Part shown: piece by piece, positions 38,586 through 49,000 of the stretch
Layout: each line of letters starts with the position of its first letter
How positions within the stretch are numbered: position 1 is the first letter of the stretch
Source: an uncultured bacterium
GTDB taxonomy: Bacteria; Fidelibacterota; Marinisomatia; Marinisomatales; UBA1611
Reading direction: 5' to 3'
Assembly: GCA_943788175.1 (NCBI GenBank)
Contig: CALSPG010000001.1
Coordinates: 64,001-128,000, forward strand
Length of the DNA stretch: 64,000 bases
The notes under the pieces: model-generated
Seen by the model: only the letters and a program-made list of their open reading frames with translations
Told to the model about the DNA's origin: nothing
Database searches by the model: none
Made by a program: the position numbers and the translations under genes

Positions 38586-39613
38586 TGCGATTTTTAATTA
38601 TACTTAAAATACTATATATTTTTTGCTCTGCTAACGGCTCAACGCCTATCGACTTAAGTTTGAGTTATCAAGGTGGGTACGATGATAATGTAATGAGATT
38701 TTCTAAAAAAGAAATTTCAGATGCTTCGTCTAATATTAAATACCTTGGTGGTTCAAAAACTTTTGATAGTTATATTAATAAAATTCAATTTGGTTTTAAT
38801 AAAACATTATATGCAAAAAATAACAAAGAGGTGCTTTATAATTCATCTGTGGCTTTGTCCGATTATGTCCATAATTCGAACAAAGACTATTGGTCAGGTA
38901 ACATATCTGTAAAATATAAATGGGGGTCATACCGAAATCTAAAATACTCTTTAAGACATCTTAATAGTTACTATTTACGTCATTATATTGATAGAGACTT
39001 ATCCTTAAATGAATTGAAATCATGCAGCTTCACAGATAACGATCAAAATGTGTCGATTTCAAATAGAATCAATAAGAGAAATTGGTATATCATTAGTTTT
39101 GGTTTTCTTCAAAGGTATTATGATAAACCATTCACAGAATTTGACTTAAATATCTATTATGCTAAAGTAAAGATAAATAAAAAAATAAAAAGATATGGTA
39201 CAATTTCTTTTCAAGTAAATCGAGGTTTCGCTGATAATGTGACTTTTACAAAAACTGGTATTTCAAGTGATTTTGACCGTTCATATGAATCTATTGAATG
39301 GTATATGCCTATAAAAATAAACAGCCCGGTACCTATGATTGAGAATTTTGGTTTTTCATTTAGACAAGAACTAAGATATTATAATGCAGAAGCTGTAAAT
39401 GATGTTTTACATGCAGGTAGAGATCACGTAGATAATAAATTGGACTTTTGGTTCAATAAGAGTCTAAAAGAAAATCTTGATGTCGTATTTAGTGTTCGTT
39501 TTCGATCAAGAGAAACAGGGTCATCATATAGCTGGGTTCGTGATCTAAAGAGTTTTAAACAAATGCAGTTATGGTGTAAAATTAAATGGGGTTTTTCCTA
39601 TGATAATTATTAA
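38585..39613 (+). CDS. Putative outer-membrane beta-barrel protein
   Basis: Signal peptide, early 'GGYDDNV' motif, alternating amphipathic strands rich in Y/F/W and K/R, aromatic C-terminus. Confidence 0.65.
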   Translation: MRFLIILKILYIFCSANGSTPIDLSLSYQGGYDDNVMRFSKKEISDASSNIKYLGGSKTFDSYINKIQFGFNKTLYAKNNKEVLYNSSVALSDYVHNSNKDYWSGNISVKYKWGSYRNLKYSLRHLNSYYLRHYIDRDLSLNELKSCSFTDNDQNVSISNRINKRNWYIISFGFLQRYYDKPFTEFDLNIYYAKVKINKKIKRYGTISFQVNRGFADNVTFTKTGISSDFDRSYESIEWYMPIKINSPVPMIENFGFSFRQELRYYNAEAVNDVLHAGRDHVDNKLDFWFNKSLKENLDVVFSVRFRSRETGSSYSWVRDLKSFKQMQLWCKIKWGFSYDNY

Positions 39614-40652
39614 AAAAGTTAATTTTTTATTAATAGTTCTATTGTTGTTCTCATGCATGGAACCAAATGATGAGGGTCTTTGGTCTGTTGATCAAATAAG
39701 TGTTTTTAATACCCAAGGATTCTGTAGAGGCGTTTCTGTCGAAGAAAATATAGCCTATATTGCCTCTGGGCAAGCTGGGGTCCAAGTTTGGAATTTAGAA
39801 ACTGGAGACGCATTGCATGAATATTTGGGTTATTCACAAGATGGCTCTTACATTGAATTTGATGATATATCAATTGTAAAAAGAGATGGAGCTAATAATT
39901 TAATATTCGTTACTGAATCAAATAAAAAAGTAAAAGTTTTCTTTTTTGATGATAGTAGTGATTTTGTTTATAGGAACGAAATCATGAGTGATCGCACAAA
40001 AGACTATGTTTCATTTCCAACTGCTGGAGGTGGTTTTACTATGTATGTTGCTGATAATGATGATGGTCTCAAATGGGGAACATATAGGTCAGATACTACA
40101 ACCATATTCAATCTTGAGATAATAAATTGGATGCCAACTGCTGGTGGAGAAATTTCTACGGATGGAAAGCCGTTAGGCATCGATAGTAATGGTGAAAATT
40201 TAGTAGCTATGGCGGTAGATCAGTTAGGTGTAGAATTTTACAATCTTATTTTTAACCAATCTATTGAAAATGCTGGAGGGGAACCTGTTTTTCTTTCCAG
40301 GTTTGACTTAGGTGGTAATGCAGAACAAGTAAAATTAGTCGATAACGGAGCATATATATCAGTAGATGATTTCGGAGCATATTTTATAGAAAAAGAGTCA
40401 ATTTTATCTGGTGATGGTGAAGCTATTCATTTTGCAGAAGGCCTCACGGTTGATCACATTTCTATCAAAGATGATATAGCAGTATTAAGCATTGGATCTA
40501 AAGGTATTGCTCTTTATGATATTTCTGATATCCATAATCCTAAAGCAAAAGGAATTTTTGATGTTGGTTACACATACAAAACTGAATTCTGGGATGAATA
40601 CATTTTAATTTGTACTAGATCAGGTTTAAAAACTGCAAAAATAAATATTTAA
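39600..40652 (+). CDS. Lipoprotein with an LVIVD-like beta-propeller
   Basis: Lipobox LFSC; 'IAYIASGQAGVQVWN', 'AVLSIGSKGIALYDISDIHNP' blades. Confidence 0.72.
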   Translation: MIIIKKVNFLLIVLLLFSCMEPNDEGLWSVDQISVFNTQGFCRGVSVEENIAYIASGQAGVQVWNLETGDALHEYLGYSQDGSYIEFDDISIVKRDGANNLIFVTESNKKVKVFFFDDSSDFVYRNEIMSDRTKDYVSFPTAGGGFTMYVADNDDGLKWGTYRSDTTTIFNLEIINWMPTAGGEISTDGKPLGIDSNGENLVAMAVDQLGVEFYNLIFNQSIENAGGEPVFLSRFDLGGNAEQVKLVDNGAYISVDDFGAYFIEKESILSGDGEAIHFAEGLTVDHISIKDDIAVLSIGSKGIALYDISDIHNPKAKGIFDVGYTYKTEFWDEYILICTRSGLKTAKINI

Positions 40653-40677
40653 CATTTCAACGGAGATTAACAAATCA

Positions 40678-43600
40678 ATGAAGATTCGAGTTTTATTATT
40701 TTTTCTTACAATTTTTTCTTTGAGAGCTGAACAATTCACTTTCGATAATGCATCTCCAATTAGGCAAGGTGTTCATGTCGAATGGTATCGAACAGTCGTT
40801 CCCTCTCTCAATGGCTCTGCCATTTTCGTGTGGTCAGATACTCGATTTGGTATGCGCAATGTATTTGCTCACAAAATAGATAAAAATGGAAACCTATTGT
40901 GGGGTGAGGCAGGGACAGTTGTTACGAATTTACCTGGGAGGCAGGAAGACCCTGTATCAATTGAAGACGGCAATGGTGGCGCGTTCATTGCTTGGGTTGA
41001 CTATAGATTTGATGACGCTGGCGATATTTTTATCCAGCATGTAAACAATGATGGTTCAATATTGATGGATCCTAATGGAGTGGCATTAGCTCAGTTTCAA
41101 GGTCAGCAGATTTCCATAAACATGTGCACAGATAGTCTTGGTGGCGTTTTTGTAACTTGGCAAGATAAACGCGGAGGCGTTGATGATGATATCTATGGTA
41201 CTCACGTTGATAGCAATTATAATATCATTGAACCCGGAATAGGTGTTCCTATTGTAGTGCAGGGTGGAACTCAATCAGCCAAAAGCATTGAGTATGCAGG
41301 AAACAATGAGGCTTTTATTTGTTGGTCAGATTCTAGGCAAGGTGAAAATATTGATATTTACGGACAAAGATTAGATATGACTATGTCACCACTGTTTCAA
41401 GAAGATGGTATTCCTATTGCTAGTACTTCCGGGTTGGAAACTAGGCCACGTACAACCTTTGTAAATAATACAACTTCAATTGTGACTTGGAAGTTTGGCG
41501 ATGAAAATGGCAGAATATTATTTCAGTTTGTTGACCAAAATGGACTTGTTTTTACTAACTCAAAACCTGTTTCTGAGTATGATGCTATTCAAACTGGGCC
41601 AAGGCTAAAAAGAGGTAGTCAGGGCGACGTATTTTTGTCTTGGAAAGATTTACGTTTTGATCCTGTAGATGGTGATATTTTTATGCAAAAAATTAATGAA
41701 GATGGTGATGTGGAATGGGGCGATGGTATTCAGGTTGATTTAACAGACGGTGTTAATTTTAGCGGAAGATTTTCTGCAAATAATGTTGGCGGATTTGATA
41801 TATTTTGGGAGAAAGGTGTTTTTCCAAATGTTGATATCTTGTTTCAAAGTTTTAACTCGAACGGTCAGCCTCAGAGTGATATGCCAATTATTGTTACTAG
41901 TGATGAGGGTTACCAGTTCGCGCCCAATATCATTAGTGGTTCAAGTGATAGTGTATTTGTAGTTTATGCTGATCAAGGAAATGGTAGCATAGATTTAAAA
42001 GTTAATTACTACAAAGGTGTCAATTCGCTTTTCGAAACTGGTGGATTGCTTGCCGTTAAAGGGTTAGATGGTGATATTAAATATAATGTTGGATACCCAA
42101 TTGATGATGAAAAAATAGTTTTAGTTTGGGAAGATAATAGAGCAAGTAAGAAAATTTATGCAAATGTCATTAGCGCAGGAGAATTATCGCACTTAAATGG
42201 AAAACAACTCTCATTTTCTGACAACTCTTCAACTGAAATTGATTTGTCCAGTCCGTTTATGATAAACGCATCTAATTATGTTTATACTGCAACCTTCGAT
42301 GCCACCGGAACACCGAAAAAGATTAGAATAAATAAATTAAATGCTAACCTGGAAAATGTTTGGGATCAAAGTGGCGTTTCCCTCAATCCTGAGAATGATC
42401 AACGGAACGCTCATTTGGTAGATCTCGGGATGCAGGGCGTTGGTGTTTTTTGGTCAGAGAGTAGATCTTTTTTAAGTGGTTTTGATATATTTTTTCAATC
42501 GCTAAATAATAATGGAGAAAGTCAGCTGAATGCCGGGGGTATTGCCGTAGCAGAGTCAAATGGAGATGATTATATCCAAAGTATACTGCCAACGCCTGAT
42601 GGAAATTTTCTTATTTTTTGGGTAGAAGAAGTTTGGCCAGCATCAAGATTAAAGTATACTAAAGTAGATGCAGGTGGGTCTACATCTATTGGTTGGCCTC
42701 CAAATGGCTATAGTCTTAGTAATCAAACTATAGGGGCAAATAACTTATCTGTTAAATCAATATCTGAAACCAGCGGTGTGCTTGCAGTTTGGAATCAAGA
42801 GGGGAATTTTAGTGATATTTATGCCCAAAAAATTAATTGGAATGGTCAAACAGAATGGGACGATAACGGTGTGGCAATAAGTATAGAGGACAATGATCAA
42901 TCTGCGATATCTTTTGATATTGATCAACCAGGTCAAACAGCATTTATTGTATGGGAGGATTATCGTAATGGTACTGATTATAACGTTGTTGGTAGAGAGT
43001 TAAACCTTGTTTCAGGTGCTATGAATCAAATCGATGTCTTTTTTACATCTGATACAACCAACCAACAAAAGCCGCTGGTGAAATCAGTTGCGGCAGGAGA
43101 ATATATTATTGTCTGGGAGGATGGTAGAGGATATTACAATGATGACCCGCTTTTAATAAATGGTGTTGATCTTTATGGTTCAGCGTATGTTGTTGGCTCT
43201 GGAAGAACAACAGGTATAGATGGCATTCCAATATCTGTTGAATATCATGGTCAAAAAAATCCTAGGATTACTAAATATAGTGGCGAAGACTATCTTCTTC
43301 ATTGGATTGATCTTAGAAGTTCAGGGAAGGAGGACCTTGCTAATTATTATGCTAAAATTATTAGAAGGACAGGTATTCTCAGCTCTAAAAATGAAGAATT
43401 TGATATAAATATTCCAAATAGTTTTGAGATTCAATCTGTATACCCAAATCCATTTAATGGTAAAGTTAAATTTGATTTTACCATCGACACTCCTCAATTA
43501 GTGACATTCAATGTCTATGACATTACTGGGAAAATGATTGTTGATGAATTAATAATAGGCGGTGCAAGAGGTTATCATCAAATTTCTTGGGATGGAAAAA

Positions 43601-43695
43601 ATAAATATGGTGATTTGGTTTCAAGTGGAGTTTATTATTACACATTTACACTGCAAGAGAAGATTGTAAAAGGTAAACTGACTTATTTAAAGTAA
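40678..43695 (+). CDS. Large secreted WxDxR-repeat (beta-propeller-like) protein with CTD
   Basis: More than ten 'hhW.D.R....DIY.Q.h...G...W...G' repeats; terminal VYPNPFNG...WDG...SSGVY. Confidence 0.8.
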   Translation: MKIRVLLFFLTIFSLRAEQFTFDNASPIRQGVHVEWYRTVVPSLNGSAIFVWSDTRFGMRNVFAHKIDKNGNLLWGEAGTVVTNLPGRQEDPVSIEDGNGGAFIAWVDYRFDDAGDIFIQHVNNDGSILMDPNGVALAQFQGQQISINMCTDSLGGVFVTWQDKRGGVDDDIYGTHVDSNYNIIEPGIGVPIVVQGGTQSAKSIEYAGNNEAFICWSDSRQGENIDIYGQRLDMTMSPLFQEDGIPIASTSGLETRPRTTFVNNTTSIVTWKFGDENGRILFQFVDQNGLVFTNSKPVSEYDAIQTGPRLKRGSQGDVFLSWKDLRFDPVDGDIFMQKINEDGDVEWGDGIQVDLTDGVNFSGRFSANNVGGFDIFWEKGVFPNVDILFQSFNSNGQPQSDMPIIVTSDEGYQFAPNIISGSSDSVFVVYADQGNGSIDLKVNYYKGVNSLFETGGLLAVKGLDGDIKYNVGYPIDDEKIVLVWEDNRASKKIYANVISAGELSHLNGKQLSFSDNSSTEIDLSSPFMINASNYVYTATFDATGTPKKIRINKLNANLENVWDQSGVSLNPENDQRNAHLVDLGMQGVGVFWSESRSFLSGFDIFFQSLNNNGESQLNAGGIAVAESNGDDYIQSILPTPDGNFLIFWVEEVWPASRLKYTKVDAGGSTSIGWPPNGYSLSNQTIGANNLSVKSISETSGVLAVWNQEGNFSDIYAQKINWNGQTEWDDNGVAISIEDNDQSAISFDIDQPGQTAFIVWEDYRNGTDYNVVGRELNLVSGAMNQIDVFFTSDTTNQQKPLVKSVAAGEYIIVWEDGRGYYNDDPLLINGVDLYGSAYVVGSGRTTGIDGIPISVEYHGQKNPRITKYSGEDYLLHWIDLRSSGKEDLANYYAKIIRRTGILSSKNEEFDINIPNSFEIQSVYPNPFNGKVKFDFTIDTPQLVTFNVYDITGKMIVDELIIGGARGYHQISWDGKNKYGDLVSSGVYYYTFTLQEKIVKGKLTYLK

Positions 43696-43725
43696 GTTAT
43701 TAAGTAAATTGTATTTATTGCTATT

Positions 43726-46053
43726 ATGAATGTATTTAAGAGTATAATTCTGTACATATTTTTATGGGGATTTGTTTCTTCGCAGTCCCTAGATGAAAGA
43801 TATCACTCTTATCCTGAAATTTTATCATTAATTGATTCATTGTCGAACGTCGAAGAATACCAAAGCATACTTTTAGTTGATACTATTGGATATTCTTCTT
43901 TAGAAAATATTCCAATTGTTGCTGTTAAAATATCAGATAATGTTAACATTAAAGAAGATGAGCCTAGAGTATTGTTTGTCGGTCAGGTTCATGCTGAAGA
44001 AGTATTAGGAATTGAAGTAATCCTAAGTTTAATGAATGATCTTTTGGACCCAAGACCTGAAGAATATAATCACATGAATATTTTAAAATCCTATTTAGAA
44101 GTTTGGTTGATTCCATCTGCAAATCCGGATGGTCTTGGAGTGGTGCATGAAGGTCTTGATTTAACATTTAGAAAAAATAAGACTGATTTTTCCCCAGGAG
44201 GTCTTGACCCTAATGGTATATTCGATTTTGAACCATCGATTGGTAATGATGTAGATGGTGTCGATTTGAATAGAAATTTTGGATTTAATTGGACATTTGG
44301 TGATACTTTTTTAGTTTTTGACGAGACAGATTATGGTTCTCATTATGATTATTATCGAGGGCCTGCACCATTTTCTGAGAGCGAGGCAGTCGCAATTCGT
44401 GACTTAGCACTTCAGCATGATTTTGTTTTTTCAATTGTATGGCATAGTTCTAGGTCAGGTAGATTATCTGAGAAGGTTTTTACATCCTGGAATTGGGAGG
44501 GTGCTAAGCCTTCACCAGATCTAGATTTGATGAAAGGAGTTGCAGACACGTTCTCTGGTTTGATGGAGAAAGAGGATGGTACGGGTAGTTATCTATCAGT
44601 CTTAAGTGGATCAAGGAATGGTAAACTCCATGATTGGTTTTATAGAGAAACCGGTTGTATTCAGTATTTAGTGGAGTGTGGAACTTCAAACCTACAGCCA
44701 GATAGCTTATTAATTGAAAGTACAGTTAGTAGAACGAAACCTGCGATGATTTATCTAATGGATAGAACCATTGGTTACAATACGGATGCTGGGCAAGCTA
44801 CTGGTATCATTTATGATGCAAATACAAATGCCCCTATTCATGGGGTAGAAATTAAAATCGAAGAACACTCAGGTTCTGTATTAAAACCGAGGTTAACAAA
44901 TGAATTTGGGCGTTACAGACGTATTTTAGATGCAGGAACGTATCATCTAAATATCTCAAAAAAAGGATATCTTCCTATTCGGCAATCAATTACAACAAAT
45001 AACAGTGGCATCACTGAAGCAGATTTTTCCCTAATCCAGGCGCCTTTACATTCAGTAAGAATAGATTTAGATAATGGACTGACTGGGAATCTACCATACG
45101 AAGTAAAGTGTCTTGTAATTAGTGAGAACGATACAGATACTCTATTGTTAGATGATTCATACCTTGACTTAATATTGCCTGAGGGTCTTTATAAATTGGT
45201 TATTAATCCATCTATTGGGACACCTTGGGAAAAGAAGTTGTATATTGATCAGAATTATAATTTTGTTGTACCAATGGGTACTGCAACTAGTTATGATCTT
45301 AGCCAGAATTGGAATGAGTGGTCAGCCGATCAAGATAGTTGGCACATCGTAAATAATAATTTATTATCACAGTCAAATATCTATTATGACAATAACGATT
45401 CGCTTCAAATATTACAAAAAATAAGTTCTCCACTTTATGATATCTCTGGAAAAAATAGAGTTACATTTAAAATAGTTCACCAATATGAGACAGAATGGGA
45501 TCATGATTCAGTAGGTGTTTCAATTTATGATGCTAACGAAACTTTATTATATAGAGATGGTTGGAGTGGCCATAAGTGGGGTAATTATGTTTCTAATTAC
45601 TTTAGTATTACTAATAATCAAGGGTATTATGACTCATTGAGATTGGTGTTATGGTTTAAAACTGACCAAACAGTTAATTATCGTGGATGGGATATAATTA
45701 GTTTCACAATGTATGCATTGGATGATGCATTTTTGTCAGTTGAAGAAATTTCATCTAATACTCTGCCTCAGATTAATTTTAATTTTCAAGGTGTTTTCCC
45801 CAACCCCTCGTTTGGGAAAATGAGTTTAGATGTCCGATCTTGGCAAGGTGGTTCTGCGAAGGTAAAAGTGTATAATATATTAGGTCAACAATTGTATGAA
45901 AGAAAAACTGAGGTTTTAAGAAAAGGTAGTTTCTTTCTTAATTTAGACTTTAGAGATTTTAACTATGCTCCAGTAAGTTCTGGAATGTTCTTTGTTGAAA
46001 TTGAATCAAATAATCAGAAAGTAATTCGAAAATGCATCATATTAAAAAATTAG
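43726..46053 (+). CDS. M14 zinc carboxypeptidase with a transthyretin-like (CarboxypepD_reg) domain and CTD
   Basis: HAEE (HxxE), FRKN, GVDLNRNF, WHS, DWFY...VECG catalytic Glu; VFPNP CTD. Confidence 0.9.
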   Translation: MNVFKSIILYIFLWGFVSSQSLDERYHSYPEILSLIDSLSNVEEYQSILLVDTIGYSSLENIPIVAVKISDNVNIKEDEPRVLFVGQVHAEEVLGIEVILSLMNDLLDPRPEEYNHMNILKSYLEVWLIPSANPDGLGVVHEGLDLTFRKNKTDFSPGGLDPNGIFDFEPSIGNDVDGVDLNRNFGFNWTFGDTFLVFDETDYGSHYDYYRGPAPFSESEAVAIRDLALQHDFVFSIVWHSSRSGRLSEKVFTSWNWEGAKPSPDLDLMKGVADTFSGLMEKEDGTGSYLSVLSGSRNGKLHDWFYRETGCIQYLVECGTSNLQPDSLLIESTVSRTKPAMIYLMDRTIGYNTDAGQATGIIYDANTNAPIHGVEIKIEEHSGSVLKPRLTNEFGRYRRILDAGTYHLNISKKGYLPIRQSITTNNSGITEADFSLIQAPLHSVRIDLDNGLTGNLPYEVKCLVISENDTDTLLLDDSYLDLILPEGLYKLVINPSIGTPWEKKLYIDQNYNFVVPMGTATSYDLSQNWNEWSADQDSWHIVNNNLLSQSNIYYDNNDSLQILQKISSPLYDISGKNRVTFKIVHQYETEWDHDSVGVSIYDANETLLYRDGWSGHKWGNYVSNYFSITNNQGYYDSLRLVLWFKTDQTVNYRGWDIISFTMYALDDAFLSVEEISSNTLPQINFNFQGVFPNPSFGKMSLDVRSWQGGSAKVKVYNILGQQLYERKTEVLRKGSFFLNLDFRDFNYAPVSSGMFFVEIESNNQKVIRKCIILKN

Positions 46054-49000
46054 TCTTTTTTATTTTCTTTATAAGCCTTTCATTATCAGGCGATAGGCAC
46101 TTTAGAGGTATGAATAAAAATGAAGTCCTACGATCAAAAATCCCAATTAGTTTTAGACATCAAGTAATGCAGGGATATGATGTCTTACCTCAACAACTTT
46201 CTGTAAATAGAGGATCATATTTGATAATTGCTAGAGAAGGGTTAGTGCAACAAGGATACGTTGAAGTTTTCGCAGAGTTTAAAAAAACACAAGGTTTTAA
46301 TGTTTATATTGTTTCCCTCTCAGATTCTGAATTAGATGTAAATAGTGTCCAAAATCATATTACGGAGCACTTTACAGCAGACCCAATGCTTGAATATGTT
46401 CTGCTTATTGGAGATGTTGATGGTTTCGCAGAAATACCGTCATATTACTACGGACCAGAAAATGATGTAACAGATCAAAAATACACCCATATTTTAGGAG
46501 ACGATTACATCCCAGACTTGTTTATTGGAAGAATTTCTATAGACTCGGCTTATGAATTAGCTGTGATAATGTTAAAAACAATTGCCTATGCTAGAGAGCC
46601 TCTTGCTTATGACCAAAATTGGCTTGATCGAGCACTTGTAGTAGCTGGCAACTATGCTAATTCTCCTCCAATTCCGATAACTCCCAAGTGGACATCTTCT
46701 TGGCTTCGAGATGAGTTATTGAACTTAGGATATAACTCAGTGGATACAGTTTTCTATCCTCCTATTCAGCAAGGTGCTCCTTATATTACAGAAATAATCA
46801 ATAATGGTGTAGGTTTAGTTAATTATAGGGGCTGGGGAGATGCAAATGGCTGGCATTATCCAGAATTTCATGCTGATGATGTAAATGGCTTAAATAATGG
46901 TTGGTTAACACCTGTTTTTATGAGTTACGTTTGCAACTCAAATGATTTTGCTAATAGTGTAGACCCGTGTTTTGCTGAAGCTATATTAAGGGGAGGTACT
47001 ACAAGTAATCCAAAAGGTGGTGTCGCTTTTATAGGTCCATCCGATTTACACACTAGTACTAAATATAATAATGTAATAAATGCTTCAATGTATGATGCGA
47101 TGATTAATTATGATGTTCTCGAGTTGGGCCCTGCTTTGATGGCTGGGCAGTTTGGGCTTGTTAAAGAATTTCCAAACCAGGACGAACCGGGAGAAGCTCA
47201 AGAATTTTATTTTCACGTTTATAATATTTTAGGTGATCCTTCGCTCCAAGTTTACTTAGATACTCCTGATACTTTTCTTATCGAGGCAGATGAAGTTTCG
47301 TTCAAAGACGGTTACTTAAACGTTAAGGTTACATCATCAGACGGTACACCAGTTAAAGAAACTGTTATAGCTGTTATAAAAGATGGCCAGATTTTATCTA
47401 AAGGGATTACTTCAGATAGTGGATATTATATTGATAATATAAATATAGATAACCAAAGTAATATTGATATTTATGCAAATAAAGCTGGCTTCATTCAGGG
47501 GCATATCTCTAAATCAATAAATAATGAAAATAGTTCAGGTTTAAGAATAAAAAAAATATACTCATCTAATGAACTTGAATCTGGTATTAATTCTTTTGGA
47601 AGTGTAATTGATTTAAATATTCAATTTTTAAATTCTTCTTTTAACACTTTTGAAAGTAGTGATGCTGTAATTAATTTTTCTCAAGGGTTAACACCGTCGA
47701 GTTCTTCTTTTTCATTACCTAGAATATCAAGTGGTGATTCGGCTATTGTCTCCGTAAGTAGTTTGCAGATTCATGGTAGCGGCAGCGAGTATTACATAGA
47801 TGGCACTATCCTAAATCAAAATGGGGATGAATTATTTAATATTGGATTGAAAATCGAACCTGTAAATATTTTAGCTTCTATTGTTAATCAAGATGTATCT
47901 GTTTTATCTGAATTTAGTCCTCAAATTGAAATAAATAATTACTCTGCATCAAAGTATGAAGATGTAAAAATAATACTTCAAACTTTATCGGAAGGTTCTG
48001 AAATTATAAATAATGGCAACGTGAGTTTGAGTCATAATGTTGAGCCCTTTTCTAGCGAAGTGTTTCAAACAGATTACAGTGTTAATGTTGGAAACATATC
48101 TTCTGGAAGTACAGTGACAATTTTGCTTCAATTAAAAAAATTAGATTCAACTTTTTTTAGTCAAAAGTTAGAGTTTGAAATTGCTTCTGAATTTCAAAAT
48201 TTCCCTGTTTCTCCTAACGATTACGGTTATTGGGCATATGACAATACAGATACTGAATATGAACAAAAGCCCTCTTTTGATTGGATCGAACTAGACCCTT
48301 CCTTTGGTGGCGATGGCGCAACTGAATATTTATTGGATGATGATGATCACGTTGATGTTCAACTTCCTTTTCAAGTTAAATATCATGGTGAATACTATAA
48401 TGAATTGACGATTAATTCAAATGGTTGGGCATCTTTGGTTCCATGTGATATTGATTATTTTTGGAACATGTCTATCCCCTCATTTATGAGCCCTAAAGCG
48501 ATGCTAGCTCCATTTTGGGATGATCTTGAGGTTGTAGGTGAAGATTGGATTAGAGTGTACACAAAGCATGATGCTCTTCAAGGGAAGTTTATCATTGAAT
48601 GGTCAAGGGCTTTAAATGGTTATGATGAATTAACAAAAGAAACTTTTGAAATCATTATTTATGATACAAATTCAATGTCAACAGCATCGGGTGACAATGT
48701 GATTGAGTTTCAATATTTAGAAATAGATGATGTAGATGTTACCAAAAATTATTCTACGGTCGGTATACAATCCCCTCAAAACAATGATGGTTTGTCTATG
48801 GTTTTTAACAATAATTATACTCCAGGCGCAACGAGCTTAGTTGATAGTACTGTTATCAGGTTCACAACTGACGCACCAGATTCATACATATCACCATTAG
48901 GTGTAGATGAAAAGATTTTGATTCCTGAAAACTTTATTATCGGTAAGTTATATCCGAATCCATTCAATCCTAGAGTAAATATTGATTTAAAAGTAGTGGA

